The notes under the pieces: model-generated
Seen by the model: the letters and a program-made list of their open reading frames with translations, nothing else
The model's database searches: none
What the model was told of the DNA's origin: nothing
Source of the DNA: the human T2T-CHM13v2.0 reference genome, Homo sapiens
Reading direction: 5' to 3' (one strand)
Length of the DNA stretch: 64,000 nt
Assembly: GCF_009914755.1 (NCBI RefSeq)
Contig: NC_060938.1
Shown: positions 35,985 to 52,314 of the stretch, piece by piece
Numbering within the stretch: the first letter of the stretch is position 1
Layout of the letters: every line of letters begins with the position of its first letter
Position numbers and translations under genes: made by a program

Positions 35985-38900
35985 AGGCGAGGGTGCTCTG
36001 GCCTCCCAGTCACCCTGATCCAGGCAAGACCATAGCGTGGCCGCAGGGGCCGCCTCCTTGGGGGAATTCCAGCCCCTGGCCAACCACAGACCATAGCACT
36101 CCCGGGGGTTGAACCGTTTCTCACAACTGGGTTGTGACAGCTGGGAGGTGCTCAACCCTGGGGGCCAGCCTGGTGGCAGGCCGGGTTGGGAACGCTGTTC
36201 CCAGCCAGCTTCCCTAGGCAACATGGCCAGCCCCGTCCAGCAAGTGGACCACTCAGATGGCAGGCATGTACTGAGCACCCACTGTATACCAGCCAGGCAC
36301 CACGAGGCCTCCAAGGAGCTCCCTTTCTGATGAGGATGAGCCACCCCAGAACAGAAACTGGGTGCTGGGGCCAGGGGCAGGACAGAGGGGTGCTCCGGAG
36401 AACAAGCACCAGCACTGAGCCTGGGGAGTTCCCCGCTGGCAGCGCCTGACACAGCCCACACCGGGGATCCCTGGCCTCAGGAAAGCAGGGCTGTCACATC
36501 AAGAAGGCCATGACATAAGGGCCCCTACCAACGTCCAGCCTTAGGTGGAGGGCACAGATATGGCAATACACAGGACCCTAGAATGCCTGCCTGGGGATGC
36601 CCACCTTGGCCCACTTGATGGCCAGTTGAGACTCAGTGTGCACTGTCCACACACCCTGTTCTGACACTGACTGCCTAGTGTCCAATTATTCTTCCATCTC
36701 ACTCATTCAGTGCCAGTTACTCTACTGAGCAATAAGGATATAACATTTTAAAAACAAAACAAACATGTTCCTGTCCTCTAGAAGCTTAAAATAGAGCAAA
36801 CTGAGAAGGAAACTAATAATGACCACCTTGCCAGGGGCAAGGAGACCAGAGGCAGGGCCCTAACCCACGGGCAGCTGCAGCTGGAATATATGAGACAGTG
36901 TGTGTGTGCTCACATGTCCACAGCCGAGCTCACCTCCAGACAGTTATGCACCCCTACCGCTCACCCCATCCCACCTCATCCTCACCAAGGCAGGTCTACT
37001 CAGTAAGTCAGGCTGAAAACATGAGCCTGGGGAGTTGGGACTTCTTAACTGCCACCCCCACCTGCACCCCATCCAGGATGAAAGAAGCATTATCCAGCAA
37101 GGACATGGCCACTGAAAGTGCCACCAAGGACCGGCCAAGGGGAGGGGAAGGGCTCCCTACAGCCCTTCCCCTGCTGGCTGAGTTGAATGGCCAGGGACTT
37201 ACCCAGGCTGGTACAAAGCCACTGGCCCCAGGGCCATCCCCTTATAACACAGCACTTCCTGGGTGTCAGTGCATGCTGAGTATGTCACGTGTATTTCTTA
37301 AACCACTAAGATTTTACCAGTGACTTATCCAAGGTCACCAGGCCAGTGTGTAGAAAATTTGCATTCTGGTGTGAGCCACTCAAAGGTCCACACCCACATT
37401 TCTACACATCCCCTAATAAAAGCCAAGGGGCCCACAACGCTCCCCTGTGAACCTCACATGGCTGCCTGTCTAGGGGAAATGAAGGAAATCCCTTCACACG
37501 GAGCCCCTGCCCCAGCCGTGCTCCAGTCCCTCTCTTTTCCCCTGCCCTAGCTGACCCCACAGCTAAGCCCACCTTTTGGCATTCAGGGTGCACCTCCTGC
37601 CCCAGGGAACTCCCAGATGAGCTGGAGGGAACAGTCTGCACTGGGGCTCTGGGTGGAAGGGAAGAGGATGGGGGCTAACCAGGTCCTGGGCACATAGGGC
37701 CTCATGTGGGAAGGAAAATGCTCCCTCAGAGGGTCAGATGCTCTCAACCAGTTCCCACCCCCTGCTGCTGTCACAGAGAACTTCCTTGGCAGAGAGGGGA
37801 GAGAGCAAGCTAGATCTTGCTCCAGGTGTCTTGGCTGACCTGAAAACCCCAGGGCGCCCTGAGGGAAAGAAAGCCAGGGAAGGGATGCATGGGAAGCTGG
37901 GTGATTATTGCCCTCTATTCCAGGGTTGGGGGTGGGGACCACCTGTCCAGGGAGCATAGCCTAGCTGAGGGGCAGGAATGGGCCCCTGCCTGTCCCAGGG
38001 TCAGCCCAGGGTCAGATGGGGCCAACTATAGTCCCCACGGCCAGGACATGGCTGCTGAGAGGCCCGGTGACCACAGCTGTGTTCTCTGGGCTCTGGTTGA
38101 AGCACTTTGCATGCATTAATCCTAAAGCCGATCTTTACAGCCTCCCTGAAAGGAAGGTGCATGAGGTCCCTGTTTTACAGATGAAGAAACTAAGGCTCAC
38201 AGATTGGAGAAATGTGCCCATAGCTAGGTGGCCAGGAAACAGTACAGTCAGGATTCACATCCTTCTGATTCCAAAGGCTTTGCCCTTGACAACTGCTTAG
38301 AGCTTTTCTGCTGGCTGTGCCTAGCACCAGGCTGGCACCTCAGATGTTCAGGTATTCACTGGGATGAGGGAGGGAGTGGACAGGTAAGGGGATATGTGAG
38401 AGGATATGGGGATGAGTGGGAGGGCAAGTGAGTGTATAAGCGCGCATGGGTGAGTGAGTGGTTGAGCAGTCAGTGGACATGCAGACTAGTAAATGAATGT
38501 TGCGGTGGTTAAAGGGTTGACCTAGAGAGAGGAGCAATCGCTGCTCTGTCAAATGGCCTCTGGGAGTGAAGAGGGAATGGGGCTTTTGAGAAATTGGGTG
38601 GCCCACTGGGATCTGGCTTACCATGAATAATAGCCCCCAGGTGGTCTCCCCCCCCTGGAAAGAACCCTACCCAGAAAGGGACTCTGGAGGCCACAGGGCT
38701 TCTGCTTGCCAGGCACACACACATTCCATGACCAAGTAATGGGCTGGCCAGGTCAATCATCTACAGGGCTTTGGGAGCTCCATTGCTTAAGAGGAACCTG
38801 GGCCACGTATCGATCTGCCCACCCCTGCTGGGAGGAAAAGAAGAAAAAGAGATCCATTGGTTCTGCCCAAGGTGGAGGTGGGGGTGGGTGGCCAAGAGGC

Positions 38901-39029
38901 CCCAACTGCTGTCCTGGAAAGGCAAGTAGGCCTGGCCAGGGCAGAACTCCTTTGCACTGGCTGTTGGGCCCTGGGGGTCACTGCCCGGGCCCTGTTTGCC
39001 CAAGGGGGTGGGTGCAAGGTGGTGCGGAT

Positions 39030-39040
39030 GTGACTCAGCA
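39030..39040 (+). promoter_or_regulatory. ARE/MARE (NRF2/BACH1) + AP-1 motif GTGACTCAGCA
   Basis: Exact RTGACTCAGCA consensus. Confidence 0.45.
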
Positions 39041-39881
39041 AGGGGTCACTGCCATGGACAGGGAAGGCCAATGGGGTAAGGGGCAGGCTGGACTGGACCC
39101 AGGAGTCAGGATAACTTGGCAAAAAGGGGCTGTGGATCTTGGGGCTGCAGGCAGGGAAACATAGGGATCTATAGCCCACCAACACCTTCCATGAGGCACA
39201 AGGGGAAAGTAACTGGACCAAGTCAAGGGCAACTCCATGAGTTAAAGGGCACACAGGGGAACTCTCCCATCCAGCCCTCAGCCAGCTCTCCAAGGAAGAC
39301 TGGAGTAAGCCAGGGGCAGGTGCTGGCCAGCGTGCTTCTGGAGAACAAGTCCCAGATGCTGCTCAACTTGGGGTCAGAGGAAGCCAAGAGGGGACCCCAG
39401 AGCCATGCCTGGTCAGGCACAGCCCCTCCCCAGCAGTGAGTTTGTACCCACTGCCCACTTCGGGAGTGGGGGCTTGTCATGACATACAGTGAGCTAACAG
39501 AGGGTATGAAGGGCCTCCTGGAGGGGGTGGGGTGCACAGGAAACTGCTCAACACCTTGGTGCCCTCCCCTGTGCACTCAGGTCTTGCATGAGCTGCCTGT
39601 CCTGGAGGAATCCTTGAAGGGGACAGACAGCACCATCCTCCCTCACCTTTCTGCACAGAGTCCCAGGAACCTGAGCAGGGCAAATGTTTTCACCACCCTG
39701 TTCTGAGAACAAATTGAGCAGGCCTATTAGCCCCATATTCCCACATGTGGTCCTGGAGACTACGCTCCATCCTGGAAAATGCCATAGAGGTCACTTTGGG
39801 CATGCGGCACAGCGGCTGTCCGAGGGGGTGTGTTTAGGGCTGGACACCTTCCGGTCCAGCACAGGCCATGAGGAGCAGGCG

Positions 39882-39898
39882 AGTGCCCTCTAGTGGCC
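39882..39898 (-). promoter_or_regulatory. CTCF motif (GGCCACTAGAGGGCACT)
   Basis: Perfect core match with locally elevated CpG. Confidence 0.7.
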
Positions 39899-40200
39899 TC
39901 TCCCGGCACGGGTTGCATAGAGCCCCACTTCCCAAAGACAGCTCGCCTAGGAGCACAGGGACAATCCCAGTCTCCTTCCTACAGGGTCTGGAAGCGTTGT
40001 GCAACTAACCCTCAATTTTTTCAAAAGAAAAAAGGAAGTGATAGATCTACATCAGAAGGTCATTGCAAGATGGAAGAACAACATATACAGCCCTTTAGCA
40101 TGGCTTTCTTCAAATATTAGTGATGACAACACCAACAAGAGTAAAAGTTATCTTAATCCTCACAATGACCCATGAGGTAGGTGTTACTATTTCTAGTTCA

Positions 40201-40560
<360 letters not shown>

Positions 40561-41039
40561 TCAACTCAGCTGTGATGGCAAACTTGTGCTGGTGTTTAGG
40601 CACTCGACTTTAACTGCTCAGATTTTAACAAGAGGCTATTTCCAACCAAAAGCGTAGCTTTTTCTCTCCTGTCTCCTGCTCCCAAGAGAGACTGCACTGT
40701 TGAGGAGAAAGCAGGGAAATGGCTCTTCCTCCTCTCTGTGGTAAAAAGGATCAATGATAAACTTTTCCTTATCTTGTTATACTTTACAAAGGCCTTTCAC
40801 CTGTGTTATCTTATTTGCACGTCACACCAGCCCTGTGAGGGAGGAAGTATTAGCCCCATCCAATATGTAACTCCAAAGGTAGCTGTCCACTTAACTTCCA
40901 GCCCTGCAGCTACACAAGCCCCATGGGACCAAACCCAAATGAAGTCTCAATAAATTTAAAAAGATAACTGTCATATAAAGTATCTCCTTGGACCACAACA
41001 GGATGAAGTTAAAAAATCAATAACAGAAATATAACTGAA

Positions 41040-41162
41040 GGCCGGTCGTGGTGGCTCACGCCTGTAATCCCAGCAATTTGGGAGGCCTCGGAGGTGGGCA
41101 GATCACTTGAGCCCAGAATTCGAGAACAGCCTGGGCAACATGCTGAAACCCCATCTCTACAA

Positions 41163-41202
<40 letters not shown>

Positions 41203-41372
41203 AAATAGCCAGGCATGGTGGCGCACACCGGTAGTCCCAGCTACTCTTAGAGGCTGAGGTGGGAAGATCATCTGAGCCTGGGAAGGTTGGGGCTGCAGTG
41301 AGCTGTGATCACACCACTGCACTCCAGTCTGGGCGACAGAGTGAGACCCTGTCTACAAAAAAAGAAAAGAAA
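41040..41372 (+). mobile_element. AluJ with (TAA)n expansion in the middle A-rich linker
   Basis: (TAA) run at ~41164-41196; TSD gaaata(t/c)aactg. Confidence 0.9.
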
Positions 41373-41878
41373 AGGAAATACAACTGGAAAATTCACAAAT
41401 TTGTGAAAAAACAATGCACTCTTAACCAATGGATCAAAGAAGACATCACAAAGGAAACCAGAAAATACCTAGAAATAAAAGAAAATGAAAACACAACAAA
41501 GCAAAATGTATGAGATACAACAAAAGCAGTGCTAAGGAGAAAATTTATAGCTATAAGTAACACAACATAGCAAAATGTATGACATACAATAAAAGCAGTG
41601 CTAAGGTGGAAATTTATAGCTGTAAGTGTTTACATTAAAAAACAAGAAAGATTTCAAATCAACAACCTAACTTTACAACTTGAGGAAGTATAAAGAGAAA
41701 ACCAAACAACCCAATATTTAAATAAATTTAAAAAGATAACTGTCATATAAAGTATCTCCTCGGACCACAACAGGATGAAGTTAAAAATCAATAACAGAAA
41801 TATAACTGGAGGCCAGTCGTGGTAGTCAAAATAAATATTAGCAACAAATGAAACTGAGAATAGAAACACAATAGAAAA

Positions 41879-42287
<409 letters not shown>

Positions 42288-42320
42288 TTACTGAAATCAG
42301 AAATGAAAGTGGGGACATTT

Positions 42321-42646
<326 letters not shown>

Positions 42647-42940
42647 TTATTTCCAATTCTATGGAAATAAAAAGGATTCTGAGAGTACTATGAACAATTG
42701 TACACCAACAAATTGGATAGCCTAGGTGAAATAGACATATTCATAAAACCTACCAAGACTAAATCAAGAAGAAATTGAAAATCTGAATAGATCTATAACT
42801 AGTAAAGAGATTGACTCAGTAATCAAAACCTTCCAATAAAGAAAAGCTCTAGACTTGATGGATTCACTGGTGAATCCTATCAAATATCTAAAGAACTAAC
42901 ACCTATTTTTTTCAAACGTTTTTAAAAATTAAAAAGGAGG

Positions 42941-43211
42941 GGTTGGGCAAAGTGGCTCATACCTGTAATCTCAGCACTTTGGGAAACCAAGACAGGCAGA
43001 TTGCTTGAGAGTTTGAGACCAGCCTGGGAAACACAGTGAGACCTTGTCCCTACAAGAAATACAAAAATTAGTCAAGCATCATGGTGCACACCTGTGGTCC
43101 CAGCTACTCTGGAGGCTGAGGCGAGAGAATCATTTGAGCCCAGGAAGTTGAGGCTGCAGTTAGCCATGATCATGCTGTGCACTCCAGCCTAGGCAACAGA
43201 GCGAGACCCTA

Positions 43212-43257
<46 letters not shown>
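42941..43257 (+). mobile_element. AluJ with A43 tail
   Basis: Diverged dimer; pure A run at 43215-43257. Confidence 0.9.
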
Positions 43258-43259
<2 letters not shown>

Positions 43260-44485
43260 AGAAAACACTTCCTAATTCATTCTATGAGGCCAGTATTACC
43301 CTGAAAGCAATGCCAGACAGACATGCCAAGAAAACAATAGACCAATATCCCTTAAGAACATTGATGCAAGAACCTCAACAAAATACTGGCAAGCCAAATT
43401 CAGCAGCATATTAAAAGGATTACATACATGACCAAGTGAAATTTATTCCCAGAATTCAAGGATGGATCAACATACAAAAAATGATCAATATAATGTACCA
43501 CATTAACAGACAAAAGGGAAAAATGATAATCTCAACTGATGCAAAAAAAGCATTTGTCAAAATTCAATACCGTTTCATGATAAAAACACTCAACAAATTA
43601 GGAATAGAATTCTAAATGTTCAACAACAGATGAATGGATAAAGAAAATGTGGTATATATACACAATGGAATACTTTTTAGCTATTTAAAAAAGAATGAAA
43701 TTCTGTCATTCTTGGCAACATGGGTGGAACTGGAGGACATTATATTAAGTGAAATAAGCCAGGAATGGAACACTGCATGTCTCATTCATATGTGGAAGTG
43801 AAAAATAAAAGTTGACCTCATAGAAAAAGTAGAACAGAGGATACTGGAGGCTGAGAAGGGTAAGGGGAAGAGAGAGTTAGAGAGAAATTTGTTAGAAGAT
43901 ATAATATTATAGCTAGATAGGAGGAATAAGTTCTGTGTTCTGTACCACTGTAGGATGACTATAGTTAAAAATAAAATATATAGTTTCAAATAGCTAGAAG
44001 GAGGATACTGACTGTTCCCAATATAAGAAATGATCAGTGTTTGAGATGAGGGATATGCTAGTTACCTTGATCTGATCACTACATATTATATGTATAATCA
44101 AATCAGTAGGTAACCCATGAGTATGCACAATTATTATCTGTTGATTTTTAAAAAATAAAAGTTTTTTTAAAAAATAAAAGGAAATTACTTCAACATTAAA
44201 AAGCTGTATACAAAAAACTCACTGCAAATATACTCAATGGTGAAAAGTTGAAAGCTTTCCCTCTATGATCAGGAACAAGGAAAGGATGCCTGCTTTCACC
44301 ACTTCTATTCCACATAGTACTGGAAGTTCTCACTACAGCAAGTCAATCTACAGATTCAATGCAAGCCCTATCAAATCCCAATGACTTTTTTTTTTTGCAG
44401 AAAAGAAAAACTCATCCTAAAATTTATATTGAATTTCATGGTTCCCTAAGTAGCCAAAATGATCTTGAAAAAGAAGAACAAAGCT

Positions 44486-44793
<308 letters not shown>

Positions 44794-45813
44794 CTAAAGG
44801 ACTCACTTTTCCTGATTTCAAAACAAAGCTACAGTATTCAAAACAATGTGGAACTGGCATAAAGACAGACATATAAACCAATGAAGTAGAAGACAGAGCC
44901 CAGAAACAAAACCTCACATATATGGTCAAATGATTTTTTTCCTTTACACATTTTATTTTATTTTAAGGTATGTTTATTTTTTATTGATACATAATAGATG
45001 TACATATTTTCAGGGTATATGTAATAATTTAATACATTCATATCATGTGTAAATATCAAATCAGGATAATTGAGATATCCGTCCCTTGAATATCTGTCTT
45101 TTCTTTATACTGGAAACATTCAAGTTATTCCCTTCTAGCTATTTTGAAATACATAATAGGTTATTGCAAACTATTGTCACCCTACAGATCTATAGAACAA
45201 TAGATCTTACTTTTTCTGACTGTATATTTGTACCCATTAATCAACCTCTCTTCATCCCCTCACTCCCCTCTCCTTCCCAGCCTCTGAAAACCACAAATTT
45301 ACTCTCTGTCTTCAAGAGATCCAAGTTTTTAGCTCCCACATATGAGTGAGAACATGCAATATTTGTCTTTCTGCACTTGGCTTATTTCACTTAACATGGT
45401 GACATCCACTTGCATCCATGTTGCTACAAATGACATAATTTTATTTTATTATGGTTGAATAATACTTCATTGGGTATATATACCACATCTTCTCTATCTA
45501 TTCATCCATTGATGGACACTTAGGTTGATTCCATTTTTTGGCTATTGTGAATAGTGCTGTGATAAATACAGGAGTGCAGATATCTCTTTGATATGTTGAT
45601 TTCTTTTCTTTTGGATATATACCCAGTAGTGGATTGCTGGATCAAATGGTGGTTCTCTTTTTAGTTTTTTGTGCTAAAAATAGCTCAAAAAGTGCTATTG
45701 ATAGTGGTTGTACTAATTTACATTCCCACCAACAGTCTATGAGGGTTCCCCTTTCTCCATATCCTCAGCAGCATCCCTTTTTGATAAAAGCCATTTTAAG
45801 TGGAGTGAGATGA

Positions 45814-46170
<357 letters not shown>

Positions 46171-47156
46171 TGATTTGTATTTCTTTGATGATTAGTGATG
46201 TGGAGCATTTTTTCATACACCATTTGTGTGTCTTCTTTTGAGAAATGTCTGTTCAGATGTTTTGCCCATTTTTAAATCAGATTTTTTTTTTGCTATTAAG
46301 TTGTTTGAACTCCTTATATATTCAGTTATTAATCCCTTGTTGGATGAGTAGTTTGCAAATATTTTCTCTCATTCTGGGGGTTACCTCTTTACTTTGTTGA
46401 TTGTTTCTTTTGCTGTGCAGAAGCTTTTTAGCTAGCTGTAATCCTCTTTGTCTATTTTTGCTTTTATTGCCCGTGCTTTTGAGTCTTACACAAAAAATCT
46501 TTGTCCTGGAGTGTTTCCCAATGTTTTCTTCTAGTAGTTTCATAGTTTCAGGTCATAGACTTAAGTAATTAATCCATTTTTATATATGGTAAGAAATAGG
46601 GGTCTAGTTTTATTATTTTGCATATGGTTATCCAGTTTCCCCAGCACCATTTATTGAAAAGACTCTTCTTTCTCCAGTGTATATTCATGGCATCTTCATT
46701 GAAAATTAGTTGGCTATAAATGAATGGATTTTATATCTGAGTTCTCTGTTGTGTTCCCATTGATCTGTGTATCTGTTTTATGGCAGTACCATGCTGATTT
46801 GGTTATTACAACCTTGTAGTATATTTTGAAATCACATAATGGGATGTGATGCCACCAGCTTTGTGCTTTTTGCTCAGTATTGCTTTGGCTATTTGGGGTC
46901 TTTTGTGGTTCCATATAAATTTTAGGGTTTTTTTTTCCTATTACTGTGAATAATATCATTAGTATTTTGAAAGGGCTTGTGTTCAAGCTATAAATTGCTT
47001 TGGGTAATATTGCCATTTTAACAATGTTAATTCTTCCAATCCATGAGCAGGGACTATCTTTTCCTTTTTCGTATGTCGTCTTCAATTTCCTTTGTCAAAA
47101 TTTTATGGTTTTCCTTGTATAGATCTTTCACGTCTTTGGTTAAATTGATTCCTAGG

Positions 47157-47460
47157 GGCCAGGCACGGTGGCTCATGCTTTTAATCCCAGCACTTTGGGA
47201 GGCTGAGGTGTGTGGATCACGAGGTCAGGAGTTTGAGACCAGCCTGGCCAATATGGTGAAACTGCATCTCTACTAAAAATACAAACAACAACAAAAAATT
47301 AGCCGGGCATGGTGGCATGTGCCTGTAGTCCCAGCTACTCAGGAGGCTGAGGCAGAAGAATCGCTTGAACCTGGGAGGCTTGCAGTGAGCCAAGATTGAG
47401 CCACTGCACTCCAGCCTGGGTGACAGAGCAAGACTCTGTCTCAAAAGAAAAAAAAAAAAA
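47157..47460 (+). mobile_element. AluS
   Basis: Full dimer; TSD aaattgattcct. Confidence 0.95.
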
Positions 47461-48054
47461 TTGATTCCTCGGTATTTTATATTCTTTGTAGCTATTATAA
47501 ATGGCATTGCTTTCTTGATTTCTTTTGCAGATTGTTTGCTGTTGATGTATGTAAATGCTGATTTTTGTACATTGATTTTGCAACTTTACTGAATTCGTTT
47601 ATCAGTTCTAACAGTTTTTTGGTGGAATCTATAGATTTTTCTAAGTATAAAATTATGTCATCTGTGAACAAAGCTAATGTGATTTCTTTCATTCCAATTG
47701 GATGCCCTTTATTTCTTTCTCTTTCCTACTTGCTCCGGCCAGTACTTCCAATATTATGTTGATTAAAAGGTTGAGAGTGGGCATTCTCGTCATGTTTCAC
47801 ATCTTAAAGAAAAGGCTTTCCATTTTTCCCTGTTCAGTATGATGTTAGCTGACAGTTTGTCAGATATGGCCTGTATTATTTTGAGATATGTTCCTTCTCT
47901 ACCCAATTTGTTGAGAGTTTTCATCATAAAGGGATGTTGAATTTTATTGAATACTTTTTCAGCCTTGATTGAAATGGTCTTATGGTTCTGTTAATGTGAT
48001 GTATCACATTTATTGATTTGCAAATGTTGAACCATCCTTATGTCTCTAGGATGA

Positions 48055-48366
<312 letters not shown>

Positions 48367-49913
48367 GCCAAATGGTCTTTTTAATGTGTTATTGAATTCA
48401 GTTTGCTAGTATTTTGTTGAGGGGTTTTGCATCTATTTTTATCAGTGATATTAGCCTGTTGTTTCTTTTCTTGTCATGTCCTTGTCTAGTTTTGGTATCA
48501 GGGTAATGACGACCTTGTAGAACAAGTTTGGAAGTATTCCCTATTCTTCAGTTTTATTGAAGAGTTTGCATGGAATTGGTATTAATTCTTGTTTAAATGT
48601 TTGGTAGAATTCAGCAGTGAAGGTATCATGTCCTGGGCTTTTCTTGATGGGAGACTCTTTGTTACAGCTTCAATTTCATTAGTCATTATTGGCTTGTTCA
48701 GGTTTTCTATTTTCTTCATAGTTCAGTCTTGATATTCATATGAACAATATTCATAGTTCAGTCTTGATAAGTGTATATGTTCAGGAATTTATCCATTTCT
48801 TCTAGGTTTTCCAGTTTGTTGGCATGTAGTTGTTTATAATAGTCTCTAATGATTCTTTGAACTTCTGTAGTCTCACTTATGTCTCCTTTTCAGTTTCTGA
48901 TCTTGTTTACTTGGGTCTTTTCTCTTTTTTTCTTAGATAGTCTAGCTAAATGTTTGTTGATTTTATTTTTTCAAAAGAACCGACTTTTTGTTTCATTGAT
49001 CTTCTGTATTTTTTAAATCTCAATTTCATTTATTTCTGCTCTAATCTTTAGTATTTATTTCCTTCTACTAATTTAGGGTTTGGTTTGTTATTGCTTTTCT
49101 AGTTTCCTGAGGTGCATCATTAGGTTATTTATTTGAAATCTTTCTGCTTTTTTGATATAGTTGTTTGTTGTATAAACTTCCTTCTTAGTATTGCCTTTGA
49201 TGTATCCCCCAGATTATGGTATATTTCCTTTTAATTTGTTTTGAGAGACTTTTTACATTTTTTTTCTTAATTTATTCATTGTCCCATTCATCATTCAGGA
49301 GCATGTTGCTTAGTTTCCATGTATTTGTGTAGTTTCTGAGGTTCTTCTTGTTATTGATTTCTTGTTTTATTCCATTGTAGCCAGAAAGGATACTTGATAT
49401 TATTTCTTCTTTTCTGAATTTGTTGAGACTTGTTTTGTGGCCTAAGACATGGTCTACTCTGGAGAATGTTCCATATGCTGATGAAAAGAATGTGTATTCT
49501 GCAGCAGTTGGGTGAAATATTCTGTAAATATTAGTTAGGTCTACTTTGTCTAGTGTGTAGTTTAATGTTTCTTTATTGATATTCTGCATGGATGTTCTGT
49601 GCATTACTGAGAGTAGAGTGTTGACATTCCCTACTATTATTATATTGTAGTCTATCTCTCCCTTTAGATAGATTTATGTTTGATTTATATATTTGGGAGC
49701 TCTAACGTTAGGTGCATAGATATTAATAATTGTTGTATCATCTTGCTGAATCGACCCCTTTATCATCATATAGTGACCTTCTTTGTCTCTTTTTACAGTC
49801 TTTGACTTGTAGTCTATTTTATCTGGTATAAACATATCTACTTCCCTTTTTTGGTTTCCAGTTGCGTACTATATCTTATTTTAACTGGACACACTTCCAG
49901 TCTATGTGTATCT

Positions 49914-50319
<406 letters not shown>

Positions 50320-51779
50320 TCTATGTGTGTCTTTATAGGTGAAATGGGTTTTTTTGTAGGCAACATATAGTTGGGTCTTGTTTCTTTATCCATTTAGCCA
50401 TTCTATGCCTTTTAATTGGAGAATTTAATTCATTTACATTCAGTGTTATTTTGATAAGTAAGAACTTACCACTACCATTTTGTTGCTTGTTTTTTGGTTG
50501 TTTTGTAACTCCTCTCTTCCTTTCTCTCTTTCTTACTGTCTTCCTTTGTGGTTAAGTGGTTTTCTCTGGTAGTATGTTTTAATTCATTGCTTTTTATTTG
50601 CAGTGACTCTATTATAGGTTTTTGCATTGTGGTTACTATGAGGCTTACAGAAAACATCTTATAAATATAACAAGTCATTTTACAGAGGTGGCAACTTATC
50701 ACAAAGTTCTAGATCACAAAGAAAATAATAGAAACAAAAATGAAAAAAATTCTACACTTGAACTCCATCCTCCTCACATTTTGTCTTTTTATTGTCTCAA
50801 TTTACATATTTTTATACTGCCTATCTCTTAGTAGGCTGCTGTAGCTATATTGTTTTTGATAGATTTGCTCTTTAGGTTTCATACTAGAGTTATGCATGAA
50901 TTGCACACCACATTTACAATATTAGAATATTCTGGGTTTGTCCATGTATTTAATTTTACCAGTGGATTTTATACCTTCAAGTGTTTTCTTTTTGCATGTT
51001 CATGGGGTGGTTTTTTTCCTTCTGGTTGAAGAACTCTCTTTAGCATTCCTTGTAAGATGAGTCTGGTGGTGGTGAATTCTCTGCTTTTGTTTGTCTGAAA
51101 AAGATTACATCTCTCCTTAATATTTGAAGGACAACTTTGCTGGATACAGTATTCCTGGATGGCAGGGTTATTTTGTTTTGTTTTGTTTTTTCCAGCACTT
51201 TGAAAATGTCATCCTACTCCCTCCTGGCCAATGTGGTTTCCATTGAGCAGTCTATTGCCAGACAAACTGATGCTCCTTTATATGTTATTTGCTTTTCTCT
51301 TGCTGCTTTTAGGATCCTTTATTTATCTTAGACTTTTGAGAGAAAATTATTTTATGCCTTGGGGTGCTCTTATTTCGGTAGAATCTGTTTGATGTTCTCT
51401 GACCTTCCTGTACTGGATATTCATATATTTCTCAAGTTTTGGAAAGTTTTCTGGTATTATTTCTTTGAATAGAGTTTCTGCCCCTTGCTGTTGTACATAT
51501 CCCTCTTGAATACCAATAATTCTTAGATTTGGTGTTTAGAGGTAATTTTCTATATCTTGTAGATAATTTTCATTCCTTTTCATTCTTCTTTTTTCTCCTA
51601 TGGCCATATTTTTTATTAGCCTGTCTTCAAGCTCACTAATTATTTCCTCCACTTAACCCATTCTGCTGTTAAGAGCCTCTAGTGCATTTTTCTGTTTGGC
51701 AAATGTATTTCTCAGTTCCAAGATTTCTGTTTGTTTGATTTTTTAATTATTATTTCAATCTCTTTGTTAAATTTTTCTT

Positions 51780-52083
<304 letters not shown>

Positions 52084-52314
52084 TCAAACATTTCTGAATT
52101 GATTTTATGTGTTATCTTGGCGATCACTGTTTCCTTAAAACTGCTGTTTTGAACAATTGGTCAAGGGGTTCATGTATCACTGTCTCATTAGAGTCAGTCA
52201 CTGGTTCCTTGCTTTGTCCATTACAGAAGGTCATGGTTCCCTGTTTGCTGTTGTTTCTTCTGGATGTCTCCTCTGTTTTTGCACTGAAGGATCAGTTATT
52301 TACTCTAGTCTTCT

